Notes under the pieces: generated by a model
The model's input: only the letters and a program-made list of their open reading frames with translations
Told to the model about the DNA's origin: nothing
The model's database searches: none
Sequence record: NC_070882.1
Length of the DNA: 64,000 nucleotides
Strand: one strand, 5' to 3'
Shown here: in pieces, positions 10,989-20,402 of the stretch
Position numbering within the stretch: the first letter of the stretch is position 1
How the letters are laid out: each line of letters opens with the position of its first letter
Position numbers and translations under genes: made by a program

Positions 10989-11312
10989 ATGGCTATGACA
11001 GTATTTCGTGTCGAACTCGATAAGCTGAAAGGCAATATCGGTCAGTTTAATAACATCATTCTCAACCTACTCCGTAGTGCTCGGGATCGTATGAACGCAC
11101 ACATCCTTGAAAAAGGTAACGTTCATGGACTTGAGCCTAGAGATATTGGTTTGGGTAATGTCCCTGACTGGCTACCGGCACAGCAAGCACAAGCTAAAGG
11201 TGGAACGAATAACTCTTCGTTCATGACACCTAAACGGGTAGACAACTACGCTGAGGAGAATATCTTCAAAGCGATAGAGAAAGTGTTTAACGACGCTTAC
11301 GATCGTTTGTAA
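10989..11312 (+). CDS. Short fibre-repeat protein (107 aa; gp132-like)
   Basis: AHILEKGNVHGLEPRDIGLGNVP nearly matches AHIAATGNVHGMVPRDIGLGNVP in 8695. Confidence 0.75.
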   Translation: MAMTVFRVELDKLKGNIGQFNNIILNLLRSARDRMNAHILEKGNVHGLEPRDIGLGNVPDWLPAQQAQAKGGTNNSSFMTPKRVDNYAEENIFKAIEKVFNDAYDRL

Positions 11313-11326
11313 CCTACCCTGGCAAC

Positions 11327-11369
11327 GGATGGAATCACTGTGTGTAAAAGCACGGTGGTTCCGTCTTTT
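11327..11369 (+). terminator. Long intra-operon stem-loop (attenuator or processing site)
   Basis: 16-bp stem 11327-11342/11351-11366 with 4 G.U pairs, then TTT. Confidence 0.55.
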
Positions 11370-11389
11370 GTTCAATTTGGAGAATTTAA

Positions 11390-12757
11390 ATGTCCGATGT
11401 AATCGTACAACTACCGTTAGATAAGACCGGACGTGATCCGAATAACCTGGTAGGTAGCGAAGAAGCAACTCTTACCCCTATCTCGGGGTTCCCTTTTAAA
11501 ATGGTAACCATGTATCACGGTGGTTTCTATGTTAATAGCCTCCGTGTATATGACTCTCGTTACGTTCCTTTAATTCGTGATAAAGATTATATCGTCACGT
11601 ATTACCATAAGCAAGCCAGCGAGTTCTATGGTCTTGATATTGCCAGTGGTATTGTTTTCTTGGATCGTACTCGTACCGGTAAGATTTACATGTCGGCGCA
11701 GATGGTAGGCGGCGATGTTGCATTTAGTTTCACAGTCATCGACGATTATGTAAACTTCTGGAAAACTAAGCCTTCTGACTATATTCCTAAATGGCTTGAT
11801 TATAACGGCACTGAACCGATTTATGGTCCTGGCGAGTTAGCTGCCCTACGCTGGCGCTTGGATACATATCAGCCGTTTAACAACGAGATTGAGAATATCT
11901 CTCGGGCAATCACTGGCCAACTTGGTAATACAGAAGCAGAGTTCCGTGTTGATGTAAAAGCTGAATATGATCGTTTCTTACAACGTTTCAATAATCGCCT
12001 CGATCTACACATTCAAGATAAAGAAAACCCACACGTTGACACAAAAGAACATGTAGGTTTAGGTCTTGTAGAAAACTATCGCGTAGCGAGTCTTGCAGAG
12101 GCTACAGCAGGTATATCGAACGAACTCTATCTTACCCCACAGCTTTCGGCTGCGGAAGTAAATAAGATCGGTGGAGATCCACTACAGGCCCACATCGATG
12201 CACGTGGCAACGTTCATGGCGTCACTAATGCACAGTTGAATACCAATAGCAAGCAAGAAGTAAATACTCTGGCTAATACCAAGTATCTGAGAAATGAAGT
12301 TGTTGAAAACTCTAACCTCGGATTTTGGTTAAACCAGGATATGACGTATAACCAAATTCTACAGTTGTATCGTAAAGACATTCCTGCAAATGCTTTTACT
12401 AACTATGATCAAGGCAAGCTTCCTCTTGGTCGATTAGGTCATGGTGTTCTGAATAATCGTGCTGTTCTCGATAACAATCGGAACTGGACTAACATTGATG
12501 CCCTGCTATCTCTTCTTCCTCAAGGTGGCAGTGGAGATGTTGCATTCGCATCTTTCAGTGTCAATATCACTCAGGCGCAAGCCAACGCAATGGTTGCTAC
12601 AACACCGCCGTTCTCTAACATGCGTTTAAATAGTATTGTTTTCTATTACATTCGCGAGACTAAGGCATGGGGTTCTGGTAACGGTGCATGGAACGGTGTA
12701 TATGACATTCTTTACGCTTCTATGAATATCCCAGGTCAAGGTTGGGTACCAATCTAA
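11390..12757 (+). CDS. Tail fibre paralog (455 aa; gp133-like)
   Basis: N-terminal LDxTGxDPxN domain, HIQDKENPH repeat, Gly-rich C-terminal tip. Confidence 0.75.
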   Translation: MSDVIVQLPLDKTGRDPNNLVGSEEATLTPISGFPFKMVTMYHGGFYVNSLRVYDSRYVPLIRDKDYIVTYYHKQASEFYGLDIASGIVFLDRTRTGKIYMSAQMVGGDVAFSFTVIDDYVNFWKTKPSDYIPKWLDYNGTEPIYGPGELAALRWRLDTYQPFNNEIENISRAITGQLGNTEAEFRVDVKAEYDRFLQRFNNRLDLHIQDKENPHVDTKEHVGLGLVENYRVASLAEATAGISNELYLTPQLSAAEVNKIGGDPLQAHIDARGNVHGVTNAQLNTNSKQEVNTLANTKYLRNEVVENSNLGFWLNQDMTYNQILQLYRKDIPANAFTNYDQGKLPLGRLGHGVLNNRAVLDNNRNWTNIDALLSLLPQGGSGDVAFASFSVNITQAQANAMVATTPPFSNMRLNSIVFYYIRETKAWGSGNGAWNGVYDILYASMNIPGQGWVPI

Positions 12758-12767
12758 AGGAATCAAC

Positions 12768-14174
12768 ATGAACCCATTACTTCACGCTCTTCCCTACGAT
12801 GGGACGGGCACTTGTTTCAATAACCGCACGCGTGGAGAATACCACAACTTGGCAGATCAAGCTGGTCTGCCATATCGGGTGATTGTTCTGGATAAAGGTT
12901 ACTTCTACAATAACAATTTGCACATGATCGATGGTCGTGGCTATGTGTTAAAAGAGAAGGACGATTTCCAATGCACTCAGATGCATCCAGAGATTACTAA
13001 GAAGACTGGCATTCCAGCTTTTGCAGTTATTGTCATTAAGAACCCACGGGTTCACCATGAGATCAGGGTTGATGCCCAGATGGTCGGTGGTGTTTACTGT
13101 AATCTTGGTAAAGCAATCGCTAACCAAGCACTCGGGTTGATCAACAATACTCGGAAGATTCATTGGAACAATATTACTGGTAAACCGGATGATTACAAAC
13201 CCAACGGTCACCTACATGCGTTGTGGGAACTTTACGGGTTTACGCCTCAAGTATTACTACTTAAGCGAATTACTGCCGCCGGTGAAAAGTTCGTAAAGAA
13301 AGACATGGATGCTTTGTTTGACCAATATAAAGCCGAGCTTGCTTTAGTTGGAGATGAACTTACTTCCATTGAGCAACGTCTTACTACCCACATGAACGAT
13401 CGTAATAACCCGCACAAACTCACTGCCGCTAAAGTTCAGCTGGATAAAGTGAAGAATGCTGCTATTGCTACGAAAGATCAAGCTGAAGCAGCTAACGGGG
13501 ATATTCTGGATCGTTACGCTACGCCATTACGAGCTAAGCAAAGTATCGACAAGAACTTCTTACCGATTCTACAGGCGCACGTTGATGACCGTAATAACCC
13601 ACACAAAGAGACAGCTGCTAAACTTGGTACGTATACCGTTCAAGAACATCAGCAAGTTGCTGGGAACTATTACAACCGTGGTGAAACCGTTAACAGTACC
13701 GAACGTATTGGTGGCGTTAAAGATGCCAACAACAATACGACTAGCAATGGCATGACTTTCCAAGAGCTTTACGAGTTCACTCGTCAGGATGAAATCCTTG
13801 GACAGCTGAAGACTGGTTTGCTGCCACCGCAAACTTTTGCAAGTGGGGCTATTCCACCTGCTAACAACTACGCGTTCCTTGTTCCTGCTTCTGCTGATGC
13901 AGCAAGCTGGCTTCATTGGATCGATATCCAAACAGCATGGATCGATAAACCAAAGAGCGTTATTTATGCGGCAGGGTCATTTGATCCTAAGGGTGCAAAC
14001 GCTGAAGCTCAGTTGAACAACGTGCTAGGTAGGAACCACCCTGCTGGTACAACGGCCATCTTCCGTTATCTTGGTGGCTGGGGTATCGGTACTGGTAACG
14101 GTGCAATCACAACGTATATTAACTCCGTTGGTTTCGCTGTATTTAATACATCGTTAAATTCCTGGAAGGTATAA
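12768..14174 (+). CDS. Tail fibre paralog (468 aa; gp134-like)
   Basis: Same architecture; HMNDRNNPH and HVDDRNNPH repeats. Confidence 0.75.
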   Translation: MNPLLHALPYDGTGTCFNNRTRGEYHNLADQAGLPYRVIVLDKGYFYNNNLHMIDGRGYVLKEKDDFQCTQMHPEITKKTGIPAFAVIVIKNPRVHHEIRVDAQMVGGVYCNLGKAIANQALGLINNTRKIHWNNITGKPDDYKPNGHLHALWELYGFTPQVLLLKRITAAGEKFVKKDMDALFDQYKAELALVGDELTSIEQRLTTHMNDRNNPHKLTAAKVQLDKVKNAAIATKDQAEAANGDILDRYATPLRAKQSIDKNFLPILQAHVDDRNNPHKETAAKLGTYTVQEHQQVAGNYYNRGETVNSTERIGGVKDANNNTTSNGMTFQELYEFTRQDEILGQLKTGLLPPQTFASGAIPPANNYAFLVPASADAASWLHWIDIQTAWIDKPKSVIYAAGSFDPKGANAEAQLNNVLGRNHPAGTTAIFRYLGGWGIGTGNGAITTYINSVGFAVFNTSLNSWKV

Positions 14175-15539
14175 ATGAACGATATTACTTTTCTTGAGCT
14201 TGACCTTACCGGTGAAGATCCAGATAACTGGATTAAAGGTGAGGAACACACTCTAATTCAAGTTCCTGGTAAGAAGCATCGCGTATTCGTTTGTACCCAT
14301 GGCGGTTTCTATACGAATGGCTTTGTACTGAGGGACTCTACTGGTAAAGCTCTTGTGCGTGGTAAAGACTATGTTCTAACGTATCACTACGAAAAGCTTT
14401 CTGAAATGACTGGTCAAAATGTGATGGGTCTCGTTGTTATCATCAACGCCTCCGTCACACCAGTCGTTCGTGCGGAATATCATGCAGTAGGTGGATTCTT
14501 TAGTGTTTCTGTAAAAGAACTTAAAGCACTAATGGAGAAGATAGATGAGACTAATCTTAAGTTTACTTGGGAAGAAATCATCGGTAAACCAACTGCATAT
14601 ACTCCATCAGAACACATGCACAAATATTGGCAGTTGTATGGTCTTGAATCCACGGTTGTCAATATTAACCGTTTAGGTGATGCATGGGCAGTGGGTCGAA
14701 CTGCAATTCTAGCGGCTGGTACGGATTATTACAAATATTACGTTCAGCTTGCGAAAGACGATGTGCAGAATTATATCAACCGTGTGAACGCTCACATAAC
14801 CGATGAAAATAATCCGCACTCTTCGGATAAGGTAAAGATTAAGCTTGGGCAAATTAACAACTGGCCAATGGCTACAAAAGCTCAGACAACAGATACTAGC
14901 CTAACCAATGTGTATATGCCGATTGGTGGTATTTTCAATCTGATCCAATCCATTTTGATTCCAAAGATTACAGATCACATTCGTAATCAAAATAACCCTC
15001 ATGGGTTAACACTGGCGATCATGAACTTGTACAGTAAAGCTGAAATCGATGCTATTTATGCACAACGGCTTCACCGTACACAACGCGCATTTACATCTAA
15101 ACGGTTGGCTGGGGTTGGTTGGGAACAATTGTATTTCCCTGCACGAGTTGACCTAGATGCTAGTAACGTTTGGAATATCACTCGCTTTGAATTAAAGCAA
15201 TTCGTTACGACTTTCCCAACTCCATGGCCTCCTACTGGAACTGATCCTCAAGGTCGTCCAAATATCCCGTCTGACTACTGCATTATGGGTAATGGACAAA
15301 TCGTTCACTTCCGTGATCTATTTGCGACTTATAATGCCAATGCACGTGGGCACTATTATGCTGGTGGGCGTTATGCTAGCGCTCAAGCTGCTATCAGTGC
15401 TCTCCAGGCAAATATCTCGCAGATTGCTGATGGTGGTTATGGATTTGCTCAATACTTGCTGGACTTCAACAATGGTCGCAAAATGCCAACAATGGTTGTA
15501 ATGCGCCGTAACGGTAGTAGTCTCACTCGAATCGTCTAA
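14175..15539 (+). CDS. Tail fibre paralog (454 aa; gp135-like)
   Basis: LDLTGEDPDN N-terminus; HITDENNPH and HIRNQNNPH repeats. Confidence 0.75.
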   Translation: MNDITFLELDLTGEDPDNWIKGEEHTLIQVPGKKHRVFVCTHGGFYTNGFVLRDSTGKALVRGKDYVLTYHYEKLSEMTGQNVMGLVVIINASVTPVVRAEYHAVGGFFSVSVKELKALMEKIDETNLKFTWEEIIGKPTAYTPSEHMHKYWQLYGLESTVVNINRLGDAWAVGRTAILAAGTDYYKYYVQLAKDDVQNYINRVNAHITDENNPHSSDKVKIKLGQINNWPMATKAQTTDTSLTNVYMPIGGIFNLIQSILIPKITDHIRNQNNPHGLTLAIMNLYSKAEIDAIYAQRLHRTQRAFTSKRLAGVGWEQLYFPARVDLDASNVWNITRFELKQFVTTFPTPWPPTGTDPQGRPNIPSDYCIMGNGQIVHFRDLFATYNANARGHYYAGGRYASAQAAISALQANISQIADGGYGFAQYLLDFNNGRKMPTMVVMRRNGSSLTRIV

Positions 15540-15551
15540 AGGAAATTACAC

Positions 15552-16148
15552 ATGTTCGATTTTCATAATGTACCAGAACCTGAAAAGGGTCGTAAACCTG
15601 TTGTCCTTTGTTTTAACCGTCTGAATGGTAAGTTCATCGTTGCTACTTCGATGACTATCGATCAATGCGATCCAGATAACCCAAACGTGATCTATGTTGA
15701 AGACAACATGGATCTGTTTAATGGTGACCGAGTTGTCGGTGACCTCACCATCAATGACGATGGAACCTGGGAAAAGAACTACTCTATTCTTGGAGAGAAC
15801 GAAGGTCCTCGTCTGATCTATGAAGCACAGCTGGACAACCAGATGGCTTACAAGATCACTCAACGTTATCCTGTCGTAGAACAAGTAAACGTGCTTGGGC
15901 GTGCAATCGTGGCTCTTGCAGAGAAGACCGGTCTTGAACTTACTGAACTTAGTGAGATGCTAGACTATATCAAACTCTGTAAAGATACTAGTCGAAATCA
16001 CAAAGAGTTCTATCAGAATGATCCCAACTACGAATACATTACCAATGAGCAAGAAGCCGAAGATCGAGCTGCTACCTTCGAAGGCGGTCTCCATGAACTC
16101 ATTGGCCCAAGAAACATCGAAGGCGGTCGTGTTTTCGCAACCAGTTAG
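15552..16148 (+). CDS. Hypothetical protein, possible fibre assembly chaperone (198 aa)
   Basis: AAGGA RBS; directly follows the fibre genes. Confidence 0.55.
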   Translation: MFDFHNVPEPEKGRKPVVLCFNRLNGKFIVATSMTIDQCDPDNPNVIYVEDNMDLFNGDRVVGDLTINDDGTWEKNYSILGENEGPRLIYEAQLDNQMAYKITQRYPVVEQVNVLGRAIVALAEKTGLELTELSEMLDYIKLCKDTSRNHKEFYQNDPNYEYITNEQEAEDRAATFEGGLHELIGPRNIEGGRVFATS

Positions 16149-16575
16149 TGAAAGACTGGTGGAGTACTTAAAAGCGCTACCTCGTGCAAGATGGTACAAT
16201 CGCAAGAAGATAAATAGTATCCCTACCAAGGGTACAGTGGAAGCAAACTACTGGTTCCTTGGTAATGGTCAGATGCCAAAAGAACTTAGCGATTATCTGT
16301 TTGAAATTGCACCAACTATCAATGGGATAAAACCCAAAGAAGCATGTGTCAATATGTACGAGGTTGGTTTTGGTATGCCGGAACATATCGACATTGCAAT
16401 GTATCGATTTAATATGGTGATTGCATTGTGTGATAATGGAGATGGACTCGACCTAAATGGTGAGTTCATCCCAGATGTTCCTGGAAGAGCAGTAATCTTT
16501 CCAGCTAAAACACCACCGCATTCTGTACCACCCGTAAAACACCTACGCTTCGTTCTCATCTATCTCTACGAGTAG
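16093..16575 (+). CDS. 2OG-Fe(II) dioxygenase (start uncertain: 16045, 16093 or GTG 16159)
   Basis: EHID (HxD), PPHSV (distal His) and LRFV (2OG-binding Arg) with typical double-stranded beta-helix spacing. Confidence 0.75.
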   Translation: MNSLAQETSKAVVFSQPVSERLVEYLKALPRARWYNRKKINSIPTKGTVEANYWFLGNGQMPKELSDYLFEIAPTINGIKPKEACVNMYEVGFGMPEHIDIAMYRFNMVIALCDNGDGLDLNGEFIPDVPGRAVIFPAKTPPHSVPPVKHLRFVLIYLYE

Positions 16576-16582
16576 GACAGAT

Positions 16583-17071
16583 ATGTATAAACATTACGAC
16601 CCCCTTACCGAAGAGGAAGTAACTACTTTAGTAGACCTCTCTCGTAAGGTTAAATATAAAGACTCGTATGGCTCTCGTTGCCGTATCGGTAAGAACAAAA
16701 CCAAAGCACTGAGTATTTACAACTATTCTAAGTGGTTTGATTGGACATCTAAACAACGAGATATCTTCAAGGTTGGTTTTAGTGAAGATATCCAAAATAA
16801 AGCTGTTCAAGGTTGGTTCCTAGATATTCCAGCTGGTCGTGGTTTCCTCGATCAGATGACAACGTGGGTCAATAAAACTGGTGCAGGTACCATCGTCGCA
16901 ACTGCATTAAAAGATAGACAAGCCATTCAACTTAATGGACGTTTGATCGAACTTCGTAAAGGTGAACAGATCGCCTTTAACCTTAGTACAGTTCACGCGA
17001 TTCCTAAATCCGACCATGGTCAGTTGTGGGCATGTGTAATGATACGTGGTGACTTCCAACAGTACACCTAA
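16583..17071 (+). CDS. Degenerate 2OG-Fe(II) dioxygenase-like protein (162 aa)
   Basis: PLTEEEVTTLVDL N-terminal helix and VHAIP distal His present; HxD replaced and Arg missing. Confidence 0.5.
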   Translation: MYKHYDPLTEEEVTTLVDLSRKVKYKDSYGSRCRIGKNKTKALSIYNYSKWFDWTSKQRDIFKVGFSEDIQNKAVQGWFLDIPAGRGFLDQMTTWVNKTGAGTIVATALKDRQAIQLNGRLIELRKGEQIAFNLSTVHAIPKSDHGQLWACVMIRGDFQQYT

Positions 17072-17074
17072 CGG

Positions 17075-17096
17075 CATAAACCTCCCTAACGGGAGG
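17075..17096. terminator. One-sided hairpin element (CATA side only)
   Basis: CATA-AA-CCTCCC-TAAC-GGGAGG just after the stop of 16583..17071. Confidence 0.55.
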
Positions 17097-17154
17097 CAAG
17101 CCAAAAATTCTTACACAATGGTACAATGAACTTTCTAAGTCAAGGATTAAAAGA

Positions 17155-18051
17155 ATGGCTAGTAACCCTATCGATCAGCAGATTATCAACGTAGTACGTA
17201 CGTGCTATGCATCTTATCTGCAAACTACAAAATATCTCGGTCTATCTCCGTTCCGTGTGATTGCACATACAACTCTGAATGAGAAGTTCGGTGTACAAAA
17301 TGGCGTAACTCCAGCAGCGGGTGAAATTCCGAACGTGCGTTATATGGTAATTGGTAACATGGGTCACTACACAATCAAAGCCGCTGATGGCTCCGATGAA
17401 GTAGAAAACCGTATTCACCGTTCTAACCATGCTGCACTTTATAACCATATTCCGTTTGCACTGCGTGAAGTAACTGATGATCTTCCAGCTGCACAACGGG
17501 ATCGGTTCTGCTTACGTGTTCCGGAAAAACATAATGGTAAAAACTACGTTGCCTATTATGGAATGCGCATTAACGTTACAGGTGTACAACCACAGCTTCT
17601 GGAAATCGAAGTAATTAATGGTATTCCAACACCGAAGCCGTACACACCCACTGTTGATGATCTTAACCCAGTACCGCCAGCTATTTCGAACAACGGTACA
17701 GTTATCGGTTCTAACGTTAATATCTCGGCCAGTGCTATCGTTAAGGTTAGCCTGTCTGCTGAAGATATCATCGAGATTACCAACGCGCATCGAATTCGTA
17801 CTGCATCGACTCGTTCTCCGATTATCTCTGAGATCGGCTTGTGTTCTGGTGTTGACCGTAAGGTCGATGCACCCGCCGGTACGGGTGGTTCGTTCCAATA
17901 TCTCGAAGTAATCGCTTGTCAAGTTAACGTACATATTGCCACTAACCATCCAATTGGTTATAACTCGAATGGTCTTAACCTAACCTTCGATATTGGTGGT
18001 GTAGAACCTACTCTTGGCGACAAGGCTGTAAACGTAGCTAAGTTCGTATAA
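17155..18051 (+). CDS. Virion structural protein (298 aa; gp139-like, baseplate/tail)
   Basis: AGGA RBS; beta-rich; [10 protein letters not shown] resembles baseplate/fibre-base motifs; synteny. Confidence 0.6.
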   Translation: MASNPIDQQIINVVRTCYASYLQTTKYLGLSPFRVIAHTTLNEKFGVQNGVTPAAGEIPNVRYMVIGNMGHYTIKAADGSDEVENRIHRSNHAALYNHIPFALREVTDDLPAAQRDRFCLRVPEKHNGKNYVAYYGMRINVTGVQPQLLEIEVINGIPTPKPYTPTVDDLNPVPPAISNNGTVIGSNVNISASAIVKVSLSAEDIIEITNAHRIRTASTRSPIISEIGLCSGVDRKVDAPAGTGGSFQYLEVIACQVNVHIATNHPIGYNSNGLNLTFDIGGVEPTLGDKAVNVAKFV

Positions 18052-18061
18052 GGACTTAGTT

Positions 18062-18628
18062 ATGTTGCAGATGCCTGAAAGTGATGAACCATTCCGTGTT
18101 GCTTCGTTCGACCCAGGTTCGTCTAACTTGGGTCAAGCGTTGTTGGAACATGGCTTTAAGAATGAAGGTGTGGCGGTGAAAACCGCCTATACCTCTGTTC
18201 TTAGAGATACTCATCCGGACTATTCAATGTTCGGGGAATTGCATGGTAGTCGGGTAGTCCGATTAATGATCATGCGTGATTTGATACTAGACTTCTTAAG
18301 GACACATAGACCACATGCTGTTATTGTTGAATCTAACTATCTAGGTAGATTTGCCACAAGCTTTGCCGCATTGGTTGAATGTGTTGCCGTTATACGAAGT
18401 GCTCTTTTTGAGTATGACCCTTTTATACCGCTTTACATGGTTGACCCTACAACAGTTAAAACCAACGTGGGTATGAAGAAAATTAAGGGTACAGACAAAG
18501 AAGATGTGCGACGTGCATTGGTAAGTAGACCCGATGTTGTTTGGGGTGATGTTGACCATAATCAACTAGATGAACACTCCATCGATGCTGTAGCAATCGG
18601 TTACTATTTCCTTACACAGTTGTTCTAG
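18062..18628 (+). CDS. ruvC: RuvC-like Holliday junction resolvase
   Basis: FDPGSSNLG, VIVESNY, VDPTTVK..VG, DKEDV and HSIDAVAIG catalytic motifs. Confidence 0.9.
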   Translation: MLQMPESDEPFRVASFDPGSSNLGQALLEHGFKNEGVAVKTAYTSVLRDTHPDYSMFGELHGSRVVRLMIMRDLILDFLRTHRPHAVIVESNYLGRFATSFAALVECVAVIRSALFEYDPFIPLYMVDPTTVKTNVGMKKIKGTDKEDVRRALVSRPDVVWGDVDHNQLDEHSIDAVAIGYYFLTQLF

Positions 18629-18640
18629 ATGTGAGGTAGT

Positions 18641-19135
18641 ATGTTCAACTGGTTAAAAAACATCAAGTGGTTTAATTGGGTGTTTATCGGTATAGTTATT
18701 ACCGGTGGGCTTGGACTGTTGTTCTTCTATAACCAGTATACTGATCAGCTTGTACACAATGGCAGTTTAGTTGAGAAAAATGGTCAACTAGAAGTCAAAG
18801 TCGAAATGCAGGGTAAGTCAGCTGCCATCACTGATGAAACCGTTACTCAGTATACCACTCAAAAAGTCGATGAGCTGAGAGAGCTGGAACAATCACGAGC
18901 AGGAGTGATTGATGAGTACATTAACTTATCCGGACAATCTGGGGTCAGTTGGCCTACTACAGAAAATGTCCCTGTGGAAAAAACTAGGGATGAACCTATT
19001 CGGAAAAATCCCACCACCGCCATTAAAGATAATGGTAGTGTTACTGACGATGTTGCTCTTATCACCCTTGCTAATAGGATGTACGAGCACTACTGCAAAG
19101 CCAAGCGGCTGGACCCGCAGTGCGGTACCAAGTAG
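18641..19135 (+). CDS. Inner-membrane spanin (Rz-like)
   Basis: Single N-terminal TM, periplasmic coiled region, two C-terminal Cys; overlapped in another frame by a lipoprotein. Confidence 0.7.
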   Translation: MFNWLKNIKWFNWVFIGIVITGGLGLLFFYNQYTDQLVHNGSLVEKNGQLEVKVEMQGKSAAITDETVTQYTTQKVDELRELEQSRAGVIDEYINLSGQSGVSWPTTENVPVEKTRDEPIRKNPTTAIKDNGSVTDDVALITLANRMYEHYCKAKRLDPQCGTK

Positions 19136-19382
19136 CTTTACTCAACTTTGCTATGTAGCTCCTCCACCGTCAGCTGACGATCTCATCAATGCACCTAGTC
19201 GGTATAAAGTAGCTGGGATCACTGATCCATGGGAAGCTCGTTTCCTATTGATGACAGATCACTGGTTATTACAGACTGACTATCTCGGTTCGTGTAATTT
19301 GCAAATCGAGAAGCTCCGTGACTGGGATAAAAAACAGTCAGAGATGGAGAGAAGCTATGACTCTGGAAAAAATATTAAGTGA
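19032..19382 (+). CDS. Outer-membrane spanin lipoprotein (Rz1-like; start 19032 or 19050)
   Basis: Signal peptide MVVLLTMLLLSPLLIG-C with lipobox; Pro-rich segment; overlaps the 3' end of the i-spanin. Confidence 0.72.
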   Translation: MVVLLTMLLLSPLLIGCTSTTAKPSGWTRSAVPSSFTQLCYVAPPPSADDLINAPSRYKVAGITDPWEARFLLMTDHWLLQTDYLGSCNLQIEKLRDWDKKQSEMERSYDSGKNIK

Positions 19383-19761
19383 CCTTGGCGATAAGCCTTT
19401 GTCGAAAGCTCCTAACTATCGTCAAATCGTAGCATACTTGAACGGTATGTTACATGCAGATGGTAGTGCACATGTTAATGGGAATACAACTGCCGATGAA
19501 GTATTAACTGAGATCTATTCTCTTTCTGATCTTGAAAAGCAGTCGAAGCTTCTCGAAAAAGAATACACTGGTGTTAGAGCTAGTGATACTTACCGCAGTT
19601 CTATTTTAACTGCAAGTGCCTTGTTAGCTATACTATCCACTGGTGTGGTGATGAGTGTTATTAACACTGATGGTCCAATGACTTCAGAAGTAGCCGATAT
19701 CTTTAAAACTTTAGGTATGGGTCTTATTGAAATCATTAAGATGGTAATTTCTACTCAGTAA
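19357..19761 (+). CDS. Membrane protein, holin candidate (134 aa)
   Basis: GGAGAG RBS before ATG 19357; two C-terminal hydrophobic helices; lies between spanins and endolysin. Confidence 0.45.
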   Translation: MTLEKILSDLGDKPLSKAPNYRQIVAYLNGMLHADGSAHVNGNTTADEVLTEIYSLSDLEKQSKLLEKEYTGVRASDTYRSSILTASALLAILSTGVVMSVINTDGPMTSEVADIFKTLGMGLIEIIKMVISTQ

Positions 19762-19771
19762 CAATAATATT

Positions 19772-19800
19772 AGCCCCTCCTTAAGTGGAGGGGCTTTTAT
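19772..19800 (+). terminator. Intrinsic terminator
   Basis: AGCCCCTCC-TTAAGT-GGAGGGGCT-TTTAT. Confidence 0.75.
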
Positions 19801-19851
19801 AATGCTATGTGGGTTAAGTAAATTTTGTAAACCACAATTGAGGGTTTAACA

Positions 19852-20385
19852 ATGAGCGATCGTTTTCCTTATAACCTCCCGTCTCGTGCGGCACTTTGCC
19901 GTTTGATTCGGGAAACGTCTAAACACAAGAATATTCAGGACGAGTTTGTAAACTTCGAAGATATGTTCTTCAGTCCTACTTCTGGTGTTCCGGGGCGTAC
20001 TTATATCGAGATGATCGATAACAAAGCTAGTCTAAAAGACTGGTTCGTTTATCGTCGTCTGGAATTGTCTCACCCTGATTGTCTTGGACCTAATCCGTCT
20101 ATTAAACTATCTGGTGTAGCTACACCTGCGGCCATCGCAGAAGAGATCAACCGTTCCCGTAAGATGACATTCGGTCCGGACGATCTATCCTTCTCTACCA
20201 CTGTCATTAATACCAAAGACGACGTATTCGAATATGAACTCGTTGCAATGACTGGTAGTTACGCCTACTTCGGTTCGACTATCGTTACGATCGAAATGGT
20301 TGAAGGTAACCAATATGCACGTCTACTTGAGGATGGTGGTTATCGTCTAATGGAAGACGGCTTGATTCGTGAGCTGGAACATTAA
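19852..20385 (+). CDS. Virion structural protein (177 aa; gp143-like)
   Basis: WFVYRRLEL motif; C-terminal RLLEDGGYRLMEDG repeat; TATG at 19806 upstream. Confidence 0.6.
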   Translation: MSDRFPYNLPSRAALCRLIRETSKHKNIQDEFVNFEDMFFSPTSGVPGRTYIEMIDNKASLKDWFVYRRLELSHPDCLGPNPSIKLSGVATPAAIAEEINRSRKMTFGPDDLSFSTTVINTKDDVFEYELVAMTGSYAYFGSTIVTIEMVEGNQYARLLEDGGYRLMEDGLIRELEH

Positions 20386-20402
20386 TTACTGGAGACAGAC
20401 AA

